A DNA stretch of 64,000 bases from an uncultured Bacteroidota bacterium (lineage in GTDB: Bacteria; Bacteroidota; Bacteroidia; Flavobacteriales; Flavobacteriaceae): contig CABXUL010000005.1 in NCBI GenBank assembly GCA_902515395.1, positions 9,958 through 73,957 of the forward strand, read 5' to 3'. Positions 47,281-56,322 of the stretch are shown here, one piece after another (the first letter of the stretch is position 1; every line of letters starts with the position of its first letter). The notes under the pieces are model-generated. The model saw nothing but the letters and a program-made list of their open reading frames with translations, was not told the origin of the DNA and did no database searches. The position numbers and the translations under genes were made by a program.

Positions 47281-48639
47281 TTAAGAAAACTGCTCTTTTA
47301 AATTGTCCCAACTAATACCTCCATAATTTCCTGAGCTCATCATCAAGAGAATACTTTCATCATAATCCTGGATCAACAGAAAATCTTCTAAGGCTTTTGG
47401 CTTAATAAAAATCATTATTCTATGATCATCAAAAGCTTCCCTAATCTGTTTTTCAGTAATAGGATGACGATTTTTTATTCTTAAAGCCACGGGGTCATAA
47501 AAAATAATTGGAAAGTCTGATAAGCTAAGCGAATCTCGATAATTATAAATAAACTTTTTATCTAAGCTACTGTAAGTGTGCAACTCCAAACAAGCAATTA
47601 ATTTAAATCCCTCAAATTGTTTTCTCACTGCAGTAATAGTAGCCTTTACTTTACTAGGTGAATGAGCAAAATCCTTGAACAAAAATTTATTTCTGGATGA
47701 AGTTATTTTTTCTAGCCTCCTAGTGGCTCCCCTAAAACTGGCAATCGCTTGATAAAATTCATCCTGTTCGATTCCTATTAATTGACAAATCCATTTAGCG
47801 CCAGAAAGATTAGACAGGTTGTGTTCTCCAAAAATCTCAAGGGGTAAGGCTCCCTCATCCGTTTCAAGATAGGTACAACCTGAATCAATAAAATGTACCG
47901 CAGTTTGATATGTTTCCTTTCTTATCGTGTTTTCTGATGCATCCACCATGGCGTTCAAAGTCGTATCTTCTTTGTTATAAACCAGAACTCCTCCTGGAGT
48001 AATAGAATCGATGAAAATCTCAAATTGTTTATTATAATCAGCTAATGTTTTAAAAACATTTACGTGATCCCAGGAAATCCCACTAATTAGCGCAATTTGG
48101 GGTTTATAATGATGAAACTTAGGACTTGAGTCGATCGCTGATGACAAGTATTCATCGCCTTCAAGTAAGATAAAATCATTATTCTCGGTTAAAGAAACTG
48201 AATTATTATAACCTGCAAGTTCCCCCCCCAACATAAAATCTATAGTACGGCTGTGATAGTTTAACACATGTAAAACCATAGCAGAAATTGTTGTTTTTCC
48301 ATGACTACCTGCAATCACTACCCTAGTTTTTTGATTCGATAAATGAGCAATAAATTCTGGATAAGAATAAATCTTAAGTTCTAAACTTTGAGCAGCCAGT
48401 AATTCTAAATTATCCGCTTTAGCATGCATTCCCAAAATTATCGCATCTAAATCCTTACTTATTTTTTCTGGATACCAACCCAATTGTTCTGGATAGATTC
48501 CCGCCTTTATTAATTTAGTCCTAGATGGATCAAAAATAGCATCATCACTTCCACTAATCTGATTCCCTTGATCTTTGAGGGCAATTGCTAAACTATTCAT
48601 GGCACTCCCCCCGATGGCAATAAAATGATACCTTTTCAT
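47281..48639 (-). CDS. mpl: UDP-N-acetylmuramate:L-alanyl-gamma-D-glutamyl-meso-DAP ligase (murein peptide ligase)
   Basis: 452 aa. MurC paralogue (IAIGGSAMN, AGSHGKTT, EGDEY) located outside the dcw cluster. Confidence 0.8.
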   Translation of the reverse strand: MKRYHFIAIGGSAMNSLAIALKDQGNQISGSDDAIFDPSRTKLIKAGIYPEQLGWYPEKISKDLDAIILGMHAKADNLELLAAQSLELKIYSYPEFIAHLSNQKTRVVIAGSHGKTTISAMVLHVLNYHSRTIDFMLGGELAGYNNSVSLTENNDFILLEGDEYLSSAIDSSPKFHHYKPQIALISGISWDHVNVFKTLADYNKQFEIFIDSITPGGVLVYNKEDTTLNAMVDASENTIRKETYQTAVHFIDSGCTYLETDEGALPLEIFGEHNLSNLSGAKWICQLIGIEQDEFYQAIASFRGATRRLEKITSSRNKFLFKDFAHSPSKVKATITAVRKQFEGFKLIACLELHTYSSLDKKFIYNYRDSLSLSDFPIIFYDPVALRIKNRHPITEKQIREAFDDHRIMIFIKPKALEDFLLIQDYDESILLMMSSGNYGGISWDNLKEQFS

Positions 48640-49535
48640 AATTTATATTTTTTTTGAAAAACCAAAGCAGTCTTAAGTTTTGGATTAATCTTCAATGCTT
48701 TATCTAAATAATCACTACAGATATTTAAATCTTGTTTAAAAAAATAAATCCTTGATAAAAGATAATAAACAGTTGCTAGAGGATAGTTATCCATAAAGTC
48801 ATAAGAATTCGCATAAAATTTCAATGCTGAAATTCCCAAATCACTAGATATTTGGTGATTTGCCACTATATTACCAATCTCAAAAATTAAATCACGATCA
48901 TTTTCCTCGAAAAATGTATCTAACGACTCATAGTTTTTTTCTAAAAGGTAAAATGCCAGTTCATATTTTGACTTGGCAGCAGATGAATATTTATCAATAT
49001 CATTCAAATAACCTTTACTTATGAGCCCTTGAATAGGATCAATGATTAATAATTCCTCTGCTTTTTTCTGAGCAAATTCTTTATTCCCACCTAAGATGTC
49101 AGGTATTTCAGCAAATAGCTTAATTAACAATTTTAAATACCTGGGGTTTTTGGGGGCTAATCGATGTGCATTTAAAACTGATTTTTTGGCTTTCAATATA
49201 TAAGAAATAGAAAAAACCCTCGAAACCTCTAAAGATTTTCTCGCTGCTGCAACTGCTAGTTTAAAGTAATTTTCTGCAGACGGATTTTCAACTATAATCT
49301 TTTCGTAATAACTAATTGCTACTTCCCAATCCTTGTAGTAATAAGATAAATCTGCAATGGAAATAAAAGTCTTGATTGAGGAAGACTTCTTTTCTAACTT
49401 TTTTAAATCGAGCATTTTAATTTTGTAAATAGGATCTTTATGAAAATCATATGTAACAAAAGGAGTTATTTCCTGTGAAAAAATAAAAAGAGGCATGATA
49501 ATAAAAAAGAAAAGAAAAGAATTGGAGCTACTCAT
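48636..49535 (-). CDS. Secreted TPR-like repeat protein, function unknown
   Basis: 299 aa with a signal peptide. Helical repeats with TPR-like spacing ([38 protein letters not shown]). Overlaps both neighbours (8 nt and 4 nt). Confidence 0.4.
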   Translation of the reverse strand: MSSSNSFLFFFIIMPLFIFSQEITPFVTYDFHKDPIYKIKMLDLKKLEKKSSSIKTFISIADLSYYYKDWEVAISYYEKIIVENPSAENYFKLAVAAARKSLEVSRVFSISYILKAKKSVLNAHRLAPKNPRYLKLLIKLFAEIPDILGGNKEFAQKKAEELLIIDPIQGLISKGYLNDIDKYSSAAKSKYELAFYLLEKNYESLDTFFEENDRDLIFEIGNIVANHQISSDLGISALKFYANSYDFMDNYPLATVYYLLSRIYFFKQDLNICSDYLDKALKINPKLKTALVFQKKYKL

Positions 49536-50538
49536 GTGGTTTGTTTAAAGATTTCCAAATCAAATCTTTCAACTCAACTAAACCAGATTGCTCAACAGCT
49601 GAAATCATACAATAATTGATATTCTTAAAGTATTCGTTCAATTCTTTGGAATATTCCTTATTGAGTTCATTGTCTAATAAATCACATTTAGTTAGTGCAA
49701 CTATATAATCTTTATCCATCAATTCGGGATTGAAGGTTTTCAATTCATTCATTAGAATTTCAAAAGTATTCTTTACATCTGATACATCAGCGGGTATAAG
49801 AAAAAGAAGAACAGAATTTCTTTCAATATGTCTTAAAAAATAATGACCCAAACCCTTTCCATTGGAAGCTCCCTGAATAATTCCTGGTATATCTGCCATT
49901 ACAAAAGACTGAAATTCACGATAGGGAACTATTCCCAGATTGGGTTTTAGGGTAGTAAATTCGTAATCGGCAATTTTAGGTTTAGCTGCTGTTAGTGATG
50001 CCAATAATGTTGACTTACCTGCATTGGGAAAACCAACCAAGCCTACATCTGCTAACACCTTCAGTTCCATGGTGATTTTTAATTCCTCACCTGGAATACC
50101 CTGTTGGGCATACCTAGGGGTTTGATTTGTTGAAGACCTAAAGTTCCAGTTACCTAAACCTCCTTTTCCTCCTTCTAATAAAATGAATTCCTGATTTGGT
50201 TCAACTACCTCAAAAATCACAATATCACTCTTACTGTTTTTAACCACTGTTCCCATTGGAACATCTATGTATAGGTCCTCGCCCTGAGCTCCAGAACTTC
50301 TACTTTTACTTCCATCTCCTCCGTGTCCAGCATCAAAATGGCGTTTAAACTTAAAAGGATAGAGAGTCCAAAGGTTGGGGTTAGCTCGGATAATAATATG
50401 ACCTCCCCTGCCACCATCGCCACCATCTGGACCACCTTTAGTTATAAATTTTTCCCTATGCAAATGTACAGAGCCCTTACCTCCGTTTCCTGATTTAACG
50501 ATCAGTTTTACGTAGTCAACAAAATTTTCTTCAGTCAT
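49528..50538 (-). CDS. obg: GTPase Obg/CgtA
   Basis: Gly-rich Obg fold ([12 protein letters not shown]), G1 GFPNAGKST and DIPGII. Start placed at ATG 50538 ([11 protein letters not shown]). The longer ORF would overlap adk. Confidence 0.9.
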   Translation of the reverse strand: MTEENFVDYVKLIVKSGNGGKGSVHLHREKFITKGGPDGGDGGRGGHIIIRANPNLWTLYPFKFKRHFDAGHGGDGSKSRSSGAQGEDLYIDVPMGTVVKNSKSDIVIFEVVEPNQEFILLEGGKGGLGNWNFRSSTNQTPRYAQQGIPGEELKITMELKVLADVGLVGFPNAGKSTLLASLTAAKPKIADYEFTTLKPNLGIVPYREFQSFVMADIPGIIQGASNGKGLGHYFLRHIERNSVLLFLIPADVSDVKNTFEILMNELKTFNPELMDKDYIVALTKCDLLDNELNKEYSKELNEYFKNINYCMISAVEQSGLVELKDLIWKSLNKPHE

Positions 50539-50545
50539 AATTGAT

Positions 50546-51121
50546 TTATAGTAAGCCGTCAATTAACCCTATCAAGCGTTTGGTAATTTCTTCTACACTT
50601 CCAATACCATTTACACTGTAAAACTTACCTTGAGCAGTGTAAAAGCTTTTCAATGATGCCGTCTTGTTATTGTATTCATTAAATCGATTTCTTATTTTGA
50701 TTTCATCTTGATCGTCTACCCTTCCGCTTGTCTTACCTCTATTAACCAATCTTTCTATTAAAACATCATCACCTGCCTCTAATGCAATTGTTGCAGTTAT
50801 CTTCATCGATTTATTAAATAAAAAGGTATCTAGTGCGCCAGCTTGCGCGGTAGTCCTCGGAAAACCGTCAAATATAAAGCCTTTAGCATCAGAGTTTTCA
50901 TTTACCGCCTCTCTCAACATGTCAATGGTTATTTGATCTGGCACCAAATCACCCTTATCCATATAAGATTTAGCCAACATTCCTAAATCAGTTAAACTAT
51001 TAATATGGTATCGAAACAAATCACCTGTAGAAAGATGAAATAATTTGTATTGAGATTTTAAAAATGCTGCCTGAGTTCCTTTTCCAGCTCCAGGTTTTCC
51101 GAAGAGTACTATATTAATCAT
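50546..51121 (-). CDS. adk: Adenylate kinase
   Basis: 191 aa with P-loop [10 protein letters not shown] and DGFPRT. Confidence 0.95.
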   Translation of the reverse strand: MINIVLFGKPGAGKGTQAAFLKSQYKLFHLSTGDLFRYHINSLTDLGMLAKSYMDKGDLVPDQITIDMLREAVNENSDAKGFIFDGFPRTTAQAGALDTFLFNKSMKITATIALEAGDDVLIERLVNRGKTSGRVDDQDEIKIRNRFNEYNNKTASLKSFYTAQGKFYSVNGIGSVEEITKRLIGLIDGLL

Positions 51122-51156
51122 TTATTTTTATTTGTGGTAAAGATATCCAAAATGAG

Positions 51157-52362
51157 TTGTTTTTTTATAAGCCCAAAAGATATCCTTATTTTTGTAAAAA
51201 ATTAAATGTGAATTTTTTTTCTACAACAAAAACTCTTGGTATTCTAGGTGGTGGTCAATTGGGTAAAATGTTACTCTATTCCACTCGAAAATGGGATATT
51301 AAAACTAAAGTACTTGATCCAAGTGAAAGTGCGCCATGTAGACTTGCCACTGACATCTTTGTTCAAGGAGACTTGACTGATTTTCAAACCGTCTATGATT
51401 TTGGCAAAGATGTTGATGTTTTGACAATTGAGATCGAAAAAGTCAATGTTAATGCATTAGAGAAATTGCAGCAAGAAGGAGTAACTGTTTATCCACAGCC
51501 TCAAATTCTGAAGACCATTCAAAATAAATGTTTACAAAAAAAATTTTATCAAGATAACAATATACCCTCTGCTTCATTCGAGGAATTCGATTCTATAAAT
51601 GCTTTGAAAGAAAAAGTCCTTAAAGGAGACTTATCTTATCCTTTTGTATGGAAATCTGCTGAAATGGGCTATGATGGCTATGGGGTATCAATAGTTCGTT
51701 CAAACAAAGAATTAGAGGAGTTAAATCCTGGCCATTGTCTAATCGAGGAGATTGTTAAGTTTAAAAAAGAATTGTCTGTCATTGTTTGTCGCAGACCTCA
51801 AGGTGAAATGGTCAATTACCCTGTAGTAGAATCTGAATTTCACCCCATTGCAAATCAAGTAGAATATGTTTTATGCCCAGCAAGGATATCAACAAAGGCA
51901 GCAAAAAATGCAGTTGAAATAGCACTTAAAACCGCAGAAGCTTATGGACAAATTGGACTTCTCGCTGTTGAATTATTTCTTATCTCCGATGAAGAAATAC
52001 TTGTTAACGAAGTAGCGCCTAGACCGCACAATAGTGGTCATTTTACCATGGAAGCTTCCTATACCTGTCAATTTGAACAGCATCTTAGGGCAATTTTGGA
52101 CTTACCCTTGGGTAAAACCGATAGCAAAACAGCGGGGGTGATGGTTAACCTCGTAGGTGCGGATGGTTACGCTGGTCCTGTAAATTATAAAAACATCGAC
52201 CAGATTTTAGCAATTGATGGGGTTATTCCTCATATTTACGGAAAAAAAGAAACTCGTCCCTTTCGAAAAATGGGTCATGTAACAGTCATCAACCCTGAAT
52301 TGTCGATTGCAAGAAGGATTGCGGAAAAAGTCAAAGATATATTATTAGTAATAGCAAAATAA
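51157..52362 (+). CDS. purK: N5-carboxyaminoimidazole ribonucleotide synthase
   Basis: ATP-grasp protein with LGILGGGQLGKM and VAPRPHNSGH. The start is uncertain (TTG 51157, or in-frame GTG 51208 just before the Gly-rich loop). Confidence 0.9.
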   Translation: MFFYKPKRYPYFCKKLNVNFFSTTKTLGILGGGQLGKMLLYSTRKWDIKTKVLDPSESAPCRLATDIFVQGDLTDFQTVYDFGKDVDVLTIEIEKVNVNALEKLQQEGVTVYPQPQILKTIQNKCLQKKFYQDNNIPSASFEEFDSINALKEKVLKGDLSYPFVWKSAEMGYDGYGVSIVRSNKELEELNPGHCLIEEIVKFKKELSVIVCRRPQGEMVNYPVVESEFHPIANQVEYVLCPARISTKAAKNAVEIALKTAEAYGQIGLLAVELFLISDEEILVNEVAPRPHNSGHFTMEASYTCQFEQHLRAILDLPLGKTDSKTAGVMVNLVGADGYAGPVNYKNIDQILAIDGVIPHIYGKKETRPFRKMGHVTVINPELSIARRIAEKVKDILLVIAK

Positions 52363-52363
52363 A

Positions 52364-52849
52364 ATGGTAAGAGTTGGAATTATAATGGGAAGCAAATCGG
52401 ATCTAACGGTAATGCAAGAAGCAATAGATATTTTAAATAGATTTGATATCGAAATTGAGGTCGATATTGTATCAGCCCATCGTACTCCAGAAAAAATGAT
52501 GGAATACGGTAAAAAAGCTCGCCAAAAAGGTCTAAAAGTAATTATAGCTGGAGCTGGTGGCGCTGCTCATTTACCTGGAATGATTGCCTCGTTAACCCCG
52601 CTCCCAGTGATTGGTGTTCCAATTAAATCCAGAAATTCAATTGATGGTTGGGACTCTGTGTTGTCTATTTTGCAAATGCCTGGCGGTGTACCCGTAGCCA
52701 CTGTGGCGCTAAACAGTGCTAAAAATGCGGGAATACTTGCTGTTCAAATTGTTGGTACCACCGATCCTTCTATTTTAAGCAAAATAGAAGTATACAAAGA
52801 AGCATTGAAAACCAAAGTAATCAACTCCAGTAAAAATCTAAATCTTTAA
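52364..52849 (+). CDS. purE: N5-carboxyaminoimidazole ribonucleotide mutase
   Basis: 161 aa with GSKSD, SAHRTP and AGGAAHLPGM. Confidence 0.95.
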   Translation: MVRVGIIMGSKSDLTVMQEAIDILNRFDIEIEVDIVSAHRTPEKMMEYGKKARQKGLKVIIAGAGGAAHLPGMIASLTPLPVIGVPIKSRNSIDGWDSVLSILQMPGGVPVATVALNSAKNAGILAVQIVGTTDPSILSKIEVYKEALKTKVINSSKNLNL

Positions 52850-52854
52850 AGAAT

Positions 52855-54876
52855 TTGAAAAACCCTCTGTTAGCTCCATTTAGGACGCCACACCAATCCA
52901 CGCCATTTGGTGAAATTAAACCAGAACATTTTATCCCAGCAATCAAAAAAGACATTCAAGAAAGTTTAAAGGCAATCAATAAAATTACTGACCAGAAAGC
53001 CCAACCTAGCTTTGATAACACTATAAATGCTTTGCAAAATATAAGTGAATTATTGGAGCGAAATAGTACGATTTTATTCAACCTTAACAGTGCGGAAACC
53101 ACAGAAGAAATTCAGCAAATAACCCAGCATGCTTCCCCATTACTCACGAAATTTCAAAATGATGTAAGACTTAATCAAGTACTTTTTGATCGCGTCAAAA
53201 AGGTTTTTGAAAATCGAGAAAGTGAAATTCTTACATCCGAGCAACTAACCCTCCTTAAAAAGGAGTTTAAAAGTTTTGCTAGAAATGGTGCACTGCTCTC
53301 AGAAGAAGAAAAGCTTATTTTAAGAGATATCGACATCGAAAAAGCAAAACTAAGCTTAAGCTTTGGAGAAAATGTCTTGGCAGATACCAATGACTTCTTA
53401 ATTCACATAACTGAGGAAAGTCAACTAAAAGGATTACCAGATCAGGTTAAAGAAATGGGTGCTGAAATAGCCAAATCTAAAAATAAAACTGGGTGGATCT
53501 TTACCCTAGATTACCCCAGTTATGTCCCGTTTATGACCTATCTAGATAACAGAGAATTAAGACGTAAAATGAGCCTTGCTTTTGGACAAAGAGGATTTAG
53601 AGAAAATGATCACAACAATAGTAAAATCATTTTAAAAATAATTGAATTAAGAAAAAAACGTGCTGAATTGTTGGGATATGAATCTCATGCAAATTTTATC
53701 CTAGCGGAACGAATGGCGGGTTCAGAAAAAAATGTAAATAATTTCCTTGAAGATCTTTATCAAAAAGCATTACCTGCGGCAAAAAAAGAATGGGAAGAAT
53801 TAGTGAGCTATGCCAAAAAAAATCTTAATCTTGATAAAATTGAAAAATGGGACACTGCTTACGTTTCTGAAAAGCTTAAACAAGCGCAATTGGATTTGGA
53901 CGAGCAATTGTTAAAACCATATTTCCCATTAGAAAAAGTTAAACTAGGATTATTCGAAATAGTTGGTAAACTATACGGACTAAGTTTTAAAAAAAACAAG
54001 GATATTCAAGTCTATCACAATGAAGTTGAAGTCTACGAAGTATTCAATTCGCAAGGGTATTTTCATGCGCTTTTATATACTGATTTCTTCCCTCGTGAAG
54101 GAAAACGTAACGGAGCTTGGATGACTTCATATCGCTCTCAAAAAAAAGGACAAAGACCTCATGTATCAATCGTTTGTAATTTCTCTAAACCCACTGCAAG
54201 CCTGCCTTCATTATTAACTTTTCAGGAGGTAACTACCCTATTTCATGAGTTTGGTCATGCATTACATGGAATTTTATCTGAAACAACATATAGATCATTA
54301 AGTGGAACTAATGTTTATTGGGATTTTGTAGAACTACCAAGCCAGATCATGGAAAACTGGTGTTATGAAAAAAAAGCACTAAAACTCTTTGCAAAGCATT
54401 ACAAGACAAATGAAATAATACCGATGGAATACATAAAAAAAATCGAAAAAGTAGCGCATTTTCAGCAAGGTTTACAAACTTTAAGACAGCTTGGTTTTGC
54501 ATTTTTAGATCTTTCATATCATAATAAAAAAGCGAATGAAATCAAGGATGTAAAAAATCACGAAAAAAAGATTTTAGATCGTATTCAATTTTTAGGTGAC
54601 TACCCAGAAAATTCTACTAGCACAGCTTTTTCTCATATTTTTCAAGGGGGTTATTCAGCTGGCTATTACAGTTACAAATGGGCTGAGGTACTGGATGCAG
54701 ATGCCTTTGAATTATTCTTAGAAAAAGGGGTTTTTGATCGAGAAACATCAAAATCTTTTAAAGAAAATATTCTCTCCAAAGGCGGCACTGAACATCCCAT
54801 GATACTCTACAAAAGGTTTAAAGGCAAAGCTCCTAATCCAAAAGCATTGCTTAAAAGATCAGGCTTGGTTCTCTAA
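52855..54876 (+). CDS. M3-family zinc metallopeptidase (peptidyl-dipeptidase Dcp / oligopeptidase A type)
   Basis: 673 aa with the HEFGH zinc motif followed by E (VELPSQIMEN). TTG start (MKNPLL...). Confidence 0.85.
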   Translation: MKNPLLAPFRTPHQSTPFGEIKPEHFIPAIKKDIQESLKAINKITDQKAQPSFDNTINALQNISELLERNSTILFNLNSAETTEEIQQITQHASPLLTKFQNDVRLNQVLFDRVKKVFENRESEILTSEQLTLLKKEFKSFARNGALLSEEEKLILRDIDIEKAKLSLSFGENVLADTNDFLIHITEESQLKGLPDQVKEMGAEIAKSKNKTGWIFTLDYPSYVPFMTYLDNRELRRKMSLAFGQRGFRENDHNNSKIILKIIELRKKRAELLGYESHANFILAERMAGSEKNVNNFLEDLYQKALPAAKKEWEELVSYAKKNLNLDKIEKWDTAYVSEKLKQAQLDLDEQLLKPYFPLEKVKLGLFEIVGKLYGLSFKKNKDIQVYHNEVEVYEVFNSQGYFHALLYTDFFPREGKRNGAWMTSYRSQKKGQRPHVSIVCNFSKPTASLPSLLTFQEVTTLFHEFGHALHGILSETTYRSLSGTNVYWDFVELPSQIMENWCYEKKALKLFAKHYKTNEIIPMEYIKKIEKVAHFQQGLQTLRQLGFAFLDLSYHNKKANEIKDVKNHEKKILDRIQFLGDYPENSTSTAFSHIFQGGYSAGYYSYKWAEVLDADAFELFLEKGVFDRETSKSFKENILSKGGTEHPMILYKRFKGKAPNPKALLKRSGLVL

Positions 54877-55057
54877 AATATTTCTCCCTTTAAAAAAGGA
54901 AAAGGAAGAAATCACATTTCTTTAACAAATAGCATACGTTTTTTTATTAGTGAAAAAAATTAAAATTCATCAAAAATTATTTAATAAGACTTGAGATGTA
55001 AAAATTGATTTATTTCAGATAATAATTTTTCTCTTAACGAAATTTAATGTAATTAAA

Positions 55058-55390
55058 CTACCAATTTAAAAACCCACCATCAAGATCATAAATTTTTTTA
55101 AAACCAAAGGAAACCATCACTTGAGCTGCATAGAGGCTCCTTCTGCCTGATCGACAATAAACCAAAAGAGTATCTGATTTTGGTAGTTCTTGAATTTCGG
55201 TTACAAAAGTTTCAGCTCTAACATCAATATTTTGAGCTCCTAGAATATGCCCTTGCATATACTCCTCATGGGTTCTTACGTCAATGATTGTATATCCCTG
55301 TTCAACAAAGGAGTGGTATTTAGATTTTTCGATTACCTCGACTATCGGAGGCTGAAGAATAAAGGAAATAATAAATAAATAAAATTTCAT
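55058..55390 (-). CDS. Rhodanese-domain sulfurtransferase, secreted/periplasmic
   Basis: 110 aa with an N-terminal signal-like segment and the active-site loop CRSGRRS. Confidence 0.8.
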   Translation of the reverse strand: MKFYLFIISFILQPPIVEVIEKSKYHSFVEQGYTIIDVRTHEEYMQGHILGAQNIDVRAETFVTEIQELPKSDTLLVYCRSGRRSLYAAQVMVSFGFKKIYDLDGGFLNW

Positions 55391-55391
55391 T

Positions 55392-56201
55392 TTAAAGGAA
55401 TATTTTTTTTAAAAATAGCCATAAAATTGGAATTCCCTCTACCCAAAAGCTGCTAAAATATTTGGGTTGTTCCTTTTTCGATATTAAAATAAAAACCATT
55501 AAAATGAAAGCAATCATTATTGTTATTTCAAAACAATAAGAGAAATTAAAGAATGCCTCTAAAAAAAGAAAAAAAATCAAAAGGACGAAACCCAATATTT
55601 TGGTGTTTTTAACTCCCCATCTTTGGGGCCAAGTAGATAAGTTGGGATGGTCTAATTTCAAATCTCTGATTTCGAAAGGTAAAGTAGCAGCTATTACAAA
55701 AAGATATCGTTGAAAGCCATACATAAAAGATAATTCTCTTAAAGACACTCCTTCTAAAGTAAGTGGTAAAAAAACTGTCATCAATACCCAGCTTAATGCA
55801 ACTAAATGAATTTTTAACCCTTTAAAACCTCTAAAGTTAATCTTAAAACCAGGCAGGGGTAGGCAGTAAAGTAATCCCAATAATAGGATGAAAAAAAATA
55901 GCAACTGAGAATAAATCGGAAGAAAAAATATAATTCCACCTGAAATAAGAATACACAATAAAAAAAATCCTAATAACAAATTGATTCTAAAAGACTTAAT
56001 AAGTGAAGTCCTCCAATATAACAGGTGGTACTTAATAAAATTATACCCCAAAAATGGGGCCATAAAAAAAATCAAGTGATGAATTAAGTGCAGATTTAAC
56101 CCAAAATCCAAGGCAGTAATCTGAGCCAAGGCCCAAACGGTCAAACCAACATGAAAATTATACTTAATGTAGCTTTCAAAAACGCAAGTAAATACTATCA
56201 C
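55392..56201 (-). CDS. Polytopic integral membrane protein, function unknown (weak UbiA-like second motif only)
   Basis: 269 aa with about 8 hydrophobic helices and a GTG start. FEIRDLKLD resembles the second Asp-rich motif of UbiA prenyltransferases, but no first NDxxD motif was seen. 1-nt gap to the rhodanese gene. Confidence 0.35.
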   Translation of the reverse strand: MIVFTCVFESYIKYNFHVGLTVWALAQITALDFGLNLHLIHHLIFFMAPFLGYNFIKYHLLYWRTSLIKSFRINLLLGFFLLCILISGGIIFFLPIYSQLLFFFILLLGLLYCLPLPGFKINFRGFKGLKIHLVALSWVLMTVFLPLTLEGVSLRELSFMYGFQRYLFVIAATLPFEIRDLKLDHPNLSTWPQRWGVKNTKILGFVLLIFFLFLEAFFNFSYCFEITIMIAFILMVFILISKKEQPKYFSSFWVEGIPILWLFLKKIFL

Positions 56202-56300
56202 TAAACAAAAATATCCGTAAACTGTTAATAAGAGAAATTTTTGTTAAAAAAAAAATGATATCTGTTTTTAAGACCCATAAAATTGTTTCCATCTAAGCGG

Positions 56301-56308
56301 TAAATTTG
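56301..56308 (+). promoter_or_regulatory. Candidate -7 promoter box (TAAATTTG) for gcvP
   Basis: TAnnTTTG match 14 nt upstream of the gcvP ATG (56323). Confidence 0.4.
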
Positions 56309-56322
56309 ATCAAACAAACAAT

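Noticed and set aside
54881-54911. Imperfect hairpin TTTCTCCCTTT-N9-AAAGGAAGAAA after the M3 peptidase gene as a terminator
   Set aside because: It has one mismatch and only three G:C pairs, with a 9-nt loop and no following T-tract. That is too weak to call.
56202-56322. Possible glycine riboswitch upstream of gcvP
   Set aside because: The leader region is only 121 bp and very AT-rich, with no paired aptamer-like stems or conserved GC-rich cores visible. A simple -7 box sits 14 nt from the ATG.
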